NCBI GenBank assembly: GCA_003614675.1
Contig: ML002225.1
Location: 53,959-73,958, forward strand
Direction: 5' to 3'
DNA: 20,000 bases
From: Dimargaris cristalligena
Taxonomy: Eukaryota
Shown here: in pieces, positions 10,314 through 20,000 of the stretch
How the letters are laid out: every line of letters begins with the position of its first letter
Position numbering within the stretch: position 1 is the first letter of the stretch
Position numbers and translations under genes: made by a program
Notes under the pieces: generated by a model
Told to the model about the DNA's origin: nothing
What the model saw: the letters and a program-made list of their open reading frames with translations, nothing else
Database searches by the model: none

Positions 10314-11754
10314 TTATTTAGAGCCCGATTTCTTGGATTGGCCCTTTGGCGAAGAATCTGCCGAATCTCTCGCAGCATCCGCCGACTTATCGGTTGAACC
10401 ATCAGCATCCCCGGCAGCCGCCGCCGCCGCCGCATCGGTTTTCTCGCCAGACGCGGGCAGTCCTTCGTTGAGAAAGGTATTATCACTTTCACTGTTCTGG
10501 ATTTTGTTACTAATCAAATCATGCAGGGCAATCACAGCCCGCACCAGCGAGGACAAGTAGGTGACCATGTACTGGTCGTTCGTTTTGGCCGCCAGCGTTT
10601 GGGTCAGATCCTGGATGTCCAAGTTGGGGAGAAGGTTGAATACGCTCTGCAGATTGTACACGATTTCGTAGTTGACCGGCAGGGAACCCTGGGCGACCTT
10701 GAGGAGGTATTCCCGGATCTCGGACAGCCGGCGCTGTAGACCGCGCAGCGAGTTGAGCTGGTGCTTGACCCGGGTGGAGAGCGAGCCGGCGGCGTTATCC
10801 TTGACGTTCCGCAGCAGGTGTTCCACTCCGATCTCTTCGGCTTCTTCGGCTTCAATTTCCGAGGGTGCGTGCATGAACGTGCGAGTGGTCGCCGTGCCGT
10901 CGTCATGGATTTCCTCGACACAGAAATAGGCGTCGGTGGGGATTCCAATATCGTCCTTGGGTTTGACGTCCACGATGACCAAAACGGGGTCGGGGGTATA
11001 GCGTTTGAAGAGCTCGTTGATTTCCAAATCAGAGTTCCGCAGTTTGGGGCCGCTGTGATACCAACCGATTAGCCGTTCCTTGGCTAAAGCGGTAAAACAC
11101 ATACATGGGCATATTGTAAAAATGAAGATAGAGTTTTAGCTACAATTTAGCGCTGAGGGTCAATTCTAGAGCAGTGCGACATCAGTCAAATGATAGATTG
11201 GGTAAGAACAGCAGTGGGGAGGCGGCTTACTATTGACTTTCTTGTACATATCCCGCATAGTTTCAATGTAGACGTGGTCCAAAAACCAGACGGAATTGCC
11301 CTTATCGTCTTCCTCGAAAGGAACTGCAGTACGAGGCGGGAAAGTTGGATACACAGTAGGACGTTGGGCAAAAATAAAAGCACCGAAATGCGTCGTTAGC
11401 AAAGTGATAACATAATATGCGTCGATTTGGCCGTTCATGATTTTTATCGAGGGACTGTCATCCCAACGGGGTTACCAGCATCGTATGGCCGTAGTCATAG
11501 AAAGGGACGAACTGTTGCCGCACATATGATTATCCCAGCCGCAGAGCTCACTATTTAATTAGGCGACCGAGTAACTTACCTGCGAAACTGTTGGCCACAT
11601 TGACAACGCTGCCGTCGGCTTGGCCGAGAAGCACACCAACCACGCGCTTCTTGGTATCCTTGGCCACCCGGTTATAGTGATCGACCACCGAGAGCAGCAC
11701 CAAGGGATGAACAATCACCTTCTTGCGGGTGAGGGTCTGTGTAGTGGATGGCAT
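10314..11754 (-). CDS. RPN8: 26S proteasome lid subunit Rpn8/PSMD7 (MPN domain), 345 aa. Exons 11754-11580, 11323-11231, 11083-10314
   Basis: Contains [52 protein letters not shown] and [15 protein letters not shown]. Canonical GT-AG introns keep the frame (175+93+770=1038 nt). Confidence 0.97.
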
Positions 11755-11902
11755 TTTCACAATGAACGGCTATTGAAATATCAACGGACAAAGGGTAAGA
11801 TGAAGCAGGGGAATGCTGGATCGGATGCGGCCTTGTTATACAAAGTCGGGAAAGGTACGCGCTATGAAATGAGGTTGAGGGTAATGCGCTGAAACTGTCG
11901 GA

Positions 11903-11982
11903 TGGAGGGATGGGTAAGGGGATGAGGGAGGGTAAGGGGTGTAATAATCGGTTAAAGGGGGGAATTTGGGGGAGGGGGGGGG
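11903..11982 (+). repeat. G-tract low-complexity region (G-quadruplex-capable) upstream of RPN8
   Basis: More than eight runs of GGG or longer, e.g. GGGATGGGTAAGGGGATGAGGGAGGGTAAGGGG and GGGGGGAATTTGGGGGAGGGGGGGGG. Confidence 0.5.
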
Positions 11983-12587
11983 ATGTAGGCTGGACTCTCC
12001 CTCACAGGTTAGTTGGAAGGAGTTTGGATTCCGCCAGTGGGTGGTAGTGAGGCAGCAGTTGGATTAGTCAGGCTTGGAGAGGTGACTGCACTAGCTTCTC
12101 GCTCAGAAGACTCCGGCTACAGGCGCTGTTCGTGGATGTCATGGCCAGGCACTATAGTAATACATGACATCCGGAATCCCAACGTCTTATCCCATTTACC
12201 CCGCTTGGTTAAGTCAACCTACTACTTCATTTACTATTCGGAAACCCTCCTTTAAACGCGAGGTTAATTGCGACGCTGTGTTATTTATTTCAAACTATCG
12301 GGAAAACGCGCTTACCTAACTGAGTAAATTGCCCCCTTGCTTATTCTTTCGGAAGCCTATTGTTCCCACTGAACCAACAGCGCCTTGAACCTACCGCCAT
12401 CGATGCCCTTCTCGTTCTAAATCCACATTTTGGCAAGGGTCGACTTCCACAATACCCGACTAAGCGCGACATTAGGCCGAGTGCTGTCTTGTTAAACTAT
12501 AGTTATCAACCTACGCTTAGTCAATATTCTGGCTTGAACACCGTTGGGCTTTTTTACATATTGTATTTACATATCAACTACTAAATC

Positions 12588-13821
12588 ATGGGGGTTAGTT
12601 GGTAAGTCGTGCTAGAGCATTATAAATACCTAATATTATATGAGGCCATGTTATCCACATTTACTACACCAAAGTGTAGTGGCTGGTTGAACACTCATTT
12701 CAGCTTACATTCTAACACCTTGCACCCTGTATTCCACCCACTATGGGTCATCCCGCGGCTTCATTGCTAAACTACCTAGTGTTTTCCGCTGGGCCGATGC
12801 TGTAGGATCCCCTAGTCTCAATTTAATCAACGACCTAATCATTAAACAGTTGCATGGGACCAATCTGGGTCGGTGGAATGCCCTATGCAAATTGTACCGA
12901 GAAGTAAGCCTACCCACCGATGCAGGGCAACCCAATACCACCGAAGGTCCTTCCAATAAGGGGTCCAAGGTGCTGTTACTGTTGACTGATTCACTCCAGC
13001 CGGCCAAGCAGCATGCCATGATCGACGACGCCGTGGTGCAGACCGACCGGGAATTTGAGTCCGTCATTCAAAAACTAAAAAACCTCTGGGTGTTGCGTCA
13101 AACATCCCACATAGATGTAAGTGGCGATAGCTTATATATTAAAACAACCAACCTATAATATTCATAGTCGGTCGCTTTCGTTCCTTTGCTAATTCCAATA
13201 ACACGGCATTAGCCCTGCACTGTTATATATCTAATTATTCTCTATACACTTGGTTTTTTTAGGGACATCATTATGATCTCGGGGATTTCACCATTCGGGC
13301 TGGTCACATGGTCGTTGGTACTTCAAATAAAGGGGTCATTTTCGAGGTAGGTTACTGAACTATGGTGTCCAATACTGCCTAGCTTGGCATCAACTGTATC
13401 CACCCCCGATGTTCCCTACAACCGACAGCTAGCATTGCCTTTGGTATCCTGCTGTATATACATCTTCAATGAGCCCCTAACCCGACTTTCTCACTCGAAT
13501 ACCTTTATTTCTGTATTAATACAGGTCGAGTATAAGCCCAGTTCGGCAATCCACGGTGCCCAGGCCCTACTCGCCGAACTGATTGGTATCCTTATGCCTC
13601 CTGAAGCTCAACTTTCGTTTGCCCAACCGCTACGGAACCCCACGCCTTCGGCGGAAATGGGAATCAGAACCCCCGGACTTATCCCTACCTCCCAACTGAT
13701 CCACCACCGCTACCTCTTAGAAACTAACTATGGACCAGCCGGTATCACGGGCAGTAATTACAATAGTCTTCACTCGACCTACCAGTTGTTCTCTCTTTTC
13801 CGGAAAGACAGTCTATTGTAG
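12588..13821 (+). CDS. MED20: Mediator subunit Med20 (Srb2), 243 aa. Exons 12588-12601, 12780-13116, 13263-13346, 13525-13821
   Basis: Spliced product MGVSCVFRW...GRWNALCKLYRE...KLKNLWVLRQTSHID|GHHYDLGDFTIRAG...KGVIFE|VEYKP...HSTYQLFSLFRKDSLL matches the Med20 pattern (MGV.C, G..Y..GDF.IR.G, KG...EVEY.P). Donors at 12602, 13117, 13347 and acceptors at 12779, 13262, 13524 preserve the frame. Confidence 0.88.
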
Positions 13822-15267
13822 GGATCTCCGTGTCAGTTTTTCTATGTTTCAAACTATCTGTCAATTAAACATGTTGCTCTATACGCCATATCATTAAATA
13901 CTGACCAGTTATGCCATAATATTTTTGGTTGGCCTTCTTTTTTATTTATCGAGGTACAAGAGTATACTAATCGTAACAATCCAAGTCCATGCGAAATAGG
14001 CCGTGTATTTTATAATACTATCCATGCGTATTTTTGACCCGATTGTTGAAAATCCGACCATACATTCTATCACTATATTTGCCACCACATCTTCATTTTA
14101 TATATTCGCAGCGTATGCCTACTAATTCTACGCCTATAGCCTCGGCCTACTAACCTATATAAAAGTTGCTCCAATTTCTATAACTATCATTTTGTTCTCG
14201 TTCTAATGATATCTAACATCATAATCTATAAAGCGCCCTTCTTAACCCATTTTTTGAACGTTCACCGAGGCATACTTTCTCTAGACGTAGGCATTCTAGC
14301 ATTTACGAGGAGATTGCACTACGATATACAGACATCCGTGTTTTCGTCTTGTAGTAATGCCTTATTGCATTTTAGCCAAATCATTTCATCTATAAACAAT
14401 GCCCTTAATATAATCAATAAAAAAAATGATATCCCTGGTGAAGGTCAAGTGGGTGGCGTATCATCAATGAGAAATAATACTACAGCGATAGTAGAGGACT
14501 TCCGACCATGTGCACTTGAATAGCATCGAGTAAGTAAAAAATGGGGGAAACACCAAAGTTACGCGCTGGAGAGGTGCTACCCAGGCAATAATTGAGGTCA
14601 AAACATATCAAAAGACTAGTGATCCGACAGTTGACAAATTATGTTTGGCTACGAATGGTGTGGGTGATTCAAATTTACTCTATGTATTGACTTTCTCGCG
14701 TATAAGTAGTTCAAAATTTGTGCCTCCCAGTTCACTTCCAGATACCCTCGTGGTGCAACCACAATGGAACTACAGGCCCATTCTAGGCTACTCAATGTGC
14801 GGCTAGGTTACATAAATAACCGCTGGGGATGTCCCGGTGATATGACTGCACCATTTAAACTATGAAACAAGACTCCTTATATGCCAATCCTCTAGTATCG
14901 GCCCACTTGTTAGTGGACAACCATAGGAAACATTGGTAACCAATACAAGAGAGTAGGCGTAAAACGACAAGATGCTGCTTGTGAGTCCATCCTGTCCTCC
15001 ATAGTACAATTTTTATATCTAGGCATACGCCTACCTCGTTACATGATATTGATTTAATATTATCTTATTTTTTCTACGGCATTTCGCGCTACCCATATTT
15101 TATTTTAAAAGCGGCTAGTAATAATACCATTTATAGAATACCTTGGACTAGACACATTCACACGTTTGGTTTGACGGTATATTCTTGAACCCGGCGTGTC
15201 AACTGATCATGTTTTCTATTGTTACCGCGTTCCTCTCACGTCCACTTCTTCGAAATTATCGGCTCCA

Positions 15268-16181
15268 ATGTATAGACCGTCATATTGGCCAGTTGGACTC
15301 ATCCTACTGGGGTGTTTACATGGGTTAGTGGGTAAGCCCGTTCACGAACCAACCTCAGTATCGTCAACAAAGCCCAAACCCATGTCGCTCGGTTTCTTCT
15401 GAATGATGTTGATGCACCTAGCAGCTTGCCGGTCGGACCAAACATATCTCAGTATCCCTACAATACTAGCCCAGATCCCGCCGAGACTGATCGAATGAAT
15501 ACCTCTATGGACTCCTCTTTATCATGGGAGGGCGATAGCAAGGCCCCGGGGTCTAGTGATATTTCGGGTGGAATCGATGCCCGGGCCATGGTCGACTGTG
15601 ATGTACCAAGTGATAGTGGAGTTGGACCCCTGGTCAACCCTTCCACCTCAAATCAGCCCGAAATTAGCACGGCTAAACGCTATTGCCGGATTTTTAAGAA
15701 GTGGTTATCGGCCGGAACGGATAGTAATGGCTCACACGACCTGGGTCATAAAGTTAAGGATTACTTTCCGTGTACTAAATGTAACAGGATGTTTGTCAAA
15801 TTAAAAAGTCTTCAAAACCATGTCCTTTACAGGCATCAACCAATCCAATTCCCCAAGTGCCCAATGAGGCTGACTGGTCACCGTTCATTAAAGGACCACG
15901 TCAACATGGCATGCAGCGCTTCCCGTAGCTGCCAAACATGCAACCGTCAATTTGCTCGGACGATAGATCTAATAGTACACGCCCAGCATCTATGTGATAC
16001 GCTCACCCACGTTAGCCCCGATTGTCATAGAGAGTGTGAAAGATTAGACGATTTCCGTAAGCACCGACTCGGAACTAAAAATACGCCAGACACTGTATAT
16101 CTATTCAATCACCGTGAACAAGCCTTCCCTTCTAAATGTCAGCGACGCATGCACATGTGTCTTCAGACGGGAGAAATTTAA
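15268..16181 (+). pseudogene. Frameshifted, degenerate C2H2 zinc-finger gene with an N-terminal signal-peptide-like segment
   Basis: ATG 15268 gives MYRPSYWPVGLILLGCLHGLVGKPVHEP...MSLG. A -1 shift at about 15393 continues FLLNDVDAPSSLPVGPN into the 15426-16181 ORF. One intact finger (CTKC..F..LKSLQNHVLYRH, 15771-15836), one C2HC finger (CQTC..F...DLIVHAQHLC), several fingers with lost ligands and a TGE linker at the end. Confidence 0.65.
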
Positions 16182-17190
16182 ATGGCGAAACCAGAAATTT
16201 ACTTAGTATTGCTGTGAAAATATTTTCAATAGGAAACCCGTTACCAATGTCCGTTTTCCAATAATAAGCCCGCCCTTTAGAAGGGCTTACTAAGAAGGTG
16301 ACTTACGGATTGGGTTGAATGTATAGCATAACATAGTAGTGCTGGTGGACTCCGGCGTCATGGTAGTTGGTCGTATGTATCAAGTAAATAGCCCATGGTC
16401 GTTGTCAGAAGATTTTAGTCTTGATGTAGATGCTCCTCAATATCGTACATTGTAATCAAGAAAATGAATACTGGCTAATCTTTGGGAACAGGGATCCATT
16501 ATCGCCCAGTTTCATCTATAGGATATGGTAATTCGCTGAAGGAATCCCCTCCCTTTTGCCATTCTCACGTCTCTATTAACATATTCTGGATCGCTGTACT
16601 GACTATTTTGTCTTCACTATACGGTATATCTATATTTTATATTTTAAAGAACACCGCAACAATATTTTGAGCATCCTCTAAATGTGATCTTCCTGGGCTT
16701 AAACTTTCTACCATTTACTAGGATACCACCTTACGATAACACGAGTAGCTCGGAACACACATATATGGTTGGATAGGGAGGGGTGGATAGTAATTGTAGT
16801 ATTATTACTGCCTCGATCAGACCAATGGAATGGTTAGGCGAAAACGGTAAACTTTACTATCCCACCCCGCCATTGTTAAATGAAAGGTAGTGTCTGAATT
16901 TAGAAGTCATATGGAACTCGGGAGGAGAATTTGACTGAATATTGAATTTATAAATGTAGCCCGTCTTGCTTTTTGGGAATGTAGAGCGCCTCCGAGGGTT
17001 AACGAAATGAACGAGGCATGGCGCTCTAGAATATTGGCCTGCCCATACCAATGGGTTCCCTTAGGTGCGCAGTTGAATAGGTATAATTGCCGGAAGCTCA
17101 GGACTGGTCACGGGATGTATAGTGGCTACTCTGCATTGGGTGGGATTGCGTCGCACTTGGTGATATTCCACCCCGCTTGTATTTGGTTTC

Positions 17191-17697
17191 CTAGTATCGG
17201 TAATAGCGATTACGGATATGTTGCTCATAGCCCTCCTTGTCATATCTTCGGATATACACTACAAATAGTTTTTTAATGACTTGGCCCATTTGGCAAGGGA
17301 TCCACTCCGCGCGTTGTCCAAGTATTTCAGAAAAGCCCACAAGACGGGCATCCTCGTTATACTCCTTTGCTTTCCCGATGATCTGGTTGGGCGAACCTTC
17401 CTTTCGTAAGAAGCAGACATAGTCTGGCTCATAGTGAGCAATATCAAATAGATGTGGGGTAACATTAAGACACGATGGCTAATATAAACATCACTATACT
17501 GATCTACTTGATGTCGTAGAATAAACAGGTCATTAGTTTATGGACTATATATTGCAGAACTTACCTCCAGCTTGGAGAGTGTTTTTCCACCATTCATGGT
17601 CCTGCGGAGCCGGGGGATTGAATTTCGCAACTATGTCCGTTTTAGGGACCCAGTCATATGGTATTATTAAGACGCGTTTTTGGTTTGTTTCAGACAT
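17191..17697 (-). CDS. Hypothetical 121-aa protein, two exons (17697-17565, 17423-17191); not in the ORF track
   Basis: ATG 17697, strong GAG|GTAAGT donor at 17564, CAG acceptor ending 17424. The spliced frame is open for 366 nt to TAG: MSETNQKRVLIIPYDWVPKTDIVAKFNPPAPQDHEWWKNTLQAGDYVCFLRKEGSPNQIIGKAKEYNEDARLVGFSEILGQRAEWIPCQMGQVIKKLFVVYIRRYDKEGYEQHIRNRYYRY. TATATAAA lies upstream. Confidence 0.65.
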
Positions 17698-17862
17698 TTC
17701 CTAAGGGACGGCAATTGTGGAAAGAGACCAGGGAATCAATGCGAAGGTGGCGACGGATGAAGTAATTATAAAAGGATCAGTGTTGGGGGGGTGGTGGTAA
17801 TTCGGGTGGGTATGTTAGTATAAGATATAGTTGATGGGCAGAGTTAGGTGGACTTGACGGCA

Positions 17863-17870
17863 TTTATATA
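17863..17870 (-). promoter_or_regulatory. Putative TATA box of the 121-aa gene
   Basis: TATATAAA on the minus strand about 170 nt upstream of ATG 17697, followed by a C/T-rich leader. Confidence 0.45.
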
Positions 17871-18876
17871 GTCGGATCGATAAGGGTCGATGGAGTACAA
17901 ACATCATCACTGGCTGATACTTTCCCCTTGTCGTTGCACCCCGCCCAAGGCAATGAACAAACACGGCAACCTGCTGACTAAAGGCCAAAGTACATGGGGC
18001 ACTGATTGGAAAACCCATGCAGGATACGTGGTGGTTTTTTTTTGGAAGTCATCCAGACGTATTCCAGGACTCTGGTTTTCTGGAATATAATCAATTGTGC
18101 TGTATACAACCACTCGGTACACAGTAATCCTTCAGGTTGAATCTGCGCTCTAAATCAACTATGGGAACATGTAAATACGGGACAACAATGTAAATGGCCC
18201 AAAGAGATGGTCAGATGTTACTGCCATTATGTTCCCACGAAAAGGATAGGTAAATTCACAGTAGAATTTGAACACTGGCGCTACTTTGATGTGGTCTAGT
18301 ATGCGGTATGGATTCTGTTTTTGTGGAAAATATAGGGGACTGCGACAGTATATAGCAACCCTGGCTATATAAATGGATACAATGGGCCAGACTTCAAGAG
18401 TTTTGGAATAGGTAAGGTGATGTGCCTTACAGTACTAATTAGGTCACTTGGGCCTTAGCCCGCCCCTGCTGGATGCAACAAGAAACAACTGTCATTTTTT
18501 TAGCGTTGCATATGTTCCCACCGAACCGACTAGCTAACATGTGCTCATCAACACAACGGTTTAAATAACTTGGCTGCTTTTGGTACCCCCCTTTTTATTG
18601 TGAGTAAACAATAAATTGGCGATTCCACTCTTAAATGACCTGTAATAGAACAGTAAATATAGTCAGTTTAGTAAAAGAGTTCCAAGTGGCATATTAAATG
18701 GTCCTTATTTACCAATATTTGGGTCACTATCGCAGTTTCCTTCTCCGCCATAGATACCAGAGGTGCCGGTGTAGTATTAACTCTGTTACAATTATAAAGT
18801 GCCTAATAGGCAAGACCGAAATATCGAATAGATAGTCTATTAAGATAAGACGAAGTAGTAGGAAAGAGCCTCCTAG

Positions 18877-19140
18877 AACCATGGAGGAGAGCGGGGGGCG
18901 CGGTACAAGTCCCCTGCCAGCCTTGGGCCATGTGCTATAGTTATACTCTGGGCTATTCCTATTGGCCGATATAGTGTATTCCTTATATGGAAGGATCTGT
19001 CGCTAGATAACCTAGCACCTACTAAGGACGGTCAATATGACCGTAACAACTCCAAGCATATTCAGGTCAGGTGGCTAGGTCTGTGTAGATTGGAATCTAT
19101 GATTGGCCAGAAACAGATTACTATGGTAAAGATGACTTGA
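18877..19140 (+). mobile_element. Degenerate Ty1/copia-type RNase H fragment
   Basis: Open frame without an upstream ATG: ...ARYKSPASLGPCAIVILW...WKDLSLDNLAPTKDGQYDRNNSKHIQVRWLGLCRLESMIGQKQITMVKMT*. SKHIQVRW and its spacing resemble the copia RNase H motif DN..AI.LA.N..(Y/H)..RSKHIDVRYH...V....I.L. Confidence 0.45.
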
Positions 19141-20000
19141 AGATAATACCCCCCCCCCAGTTTTTCCCTAGCCCTATATTATGCCTTTGTATGGGTATCA
19201 TTCATTATGGCAATTTTGCATACTTTGAAAGAAGCACCCTTAACCATTACCATCCACTTCCACTTTTCCCCATACAGTCTCCACCATATTGTACAAGTGG
19301 TTGTGCACAAGGCCCTGGGCTGATTAATACATTATCTTAGAACTAGTGTTGTCAAATAACAAACTATGCATATAGTTTTATAAATATAATTAAATAAACC
19401 ATTTAGGGGATTAGGTGATAACCATTACTAGGGGTGTATTCCCTTTATTTAACTTCATAACATGTTTTAATTTTTCAAAAAAAAAAGTGTATAGTGCCCT
19501 ACTGAGCTGGTCAAAATAGCTGAGAGTAGGGTCAAAAGTCTATGCTCAATGAACAAATTATTGTAATAGTGTATTTATGAAAGCATAGTTGTGAAGGTCT
19601 GGAATATAATAACACATAAGGAGGGTGAGAATAGCAGCCGGCTATTAAGATTGAGTGCTGTCACTATATTCACAGGTGATTTCATTAACCTTATATTTGC
19701 CAACTGAATGTATTATAACCCCCCTCCCAGGGTTTTGGGGGTATCAACCTTGCAAGCTTGAATTATCTCAGGTGGTGTTTCCCTTCAGTTCAGGTATATA
19801 TATGCAATCTATAAGTACAGTATTAGTTATTATAAAAGGATTGCTACTTGAAATAGTTAAACTTAACCATCGTTATACCCATTAATCTGATTTAACTTGT
19901 GAATAACTATATTTGGCCTCCTCAAAAGCATTGTGATGAACTTACCACATTTTTTACCTACTTATATTTTTTATCTATTTTTTGCACTTATCAGAAGTAC

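Noticed and set aside
10286..11072. Multiple alternative-frame and antisense ORFs over RPN8 (similarly over RPL9 and the TLC gene)
   Set aside because: Explained by codon bias of the real gene; no independent signals.
14206..14523. 105-aa ORF and a signal-peptide-like KSSTIAVVLFLI on the opposite strand
   Set aside because: AT-rich, no motif, and the opposite-strand frame lacks an ATG and is full of stops.
15332..15424. GTAAGC donor at 15332 as an intron joining the signal peptide to the zinc-finger ORF
   Set aside because: A phase-1 splice to TAG 15421 or CAG 15424 is out of frame and hits a stop.
1..20000. CRISPR arrays, tRNA, rRNA, TPP riboswitch, intact transposons
   Set aside because: No regularly spaced repeats, cloverleaf or TPP consensus, LTRs or TIRs were seen by eye; tRNAscan and Rfam were not run.

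Overview
Eukaryotic, intron-containing DNA that looks like an early-diverging fungus (GC3-rich exons, GTAAGY...CTRAY...YAG introns; Zoopagomycota/Mucoromycota-like is an inference from the Med20 and NDUFB11 sequences). The left 14 kb is a housekeeping block. It holds the 3' end of a TLC-domain gene, a complete tandem TLC paralog, a secreted Gly-rich protein with Kex2-type sites, RPL9 (uL6) with a 684-nt 5'UTR intron, the complex I ESSS subunit NDUFB11, proteasome lid RPN8 and Mediator MED20. The right 6 kb is accessory or decaying. It holds a frameshifted gene joining a signal peptide, an MSLGFLLN motif and C2H2 zinc fingers, a two-exon 121-aa orphan gene missed by the ORF track, a Ty1/copia RNase H-like relic and a strongly CpG-depleted tail. 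The two most promising leads are (1) a candidate two-state RNA switch in the RPL9 5'UTR intron that sequesters a cryptic 3' splice site and a uATG, and (2) the apparently secreted zinc-finger, repressor-like gene. All calls were made by eye; no database searches or folding programs were run.
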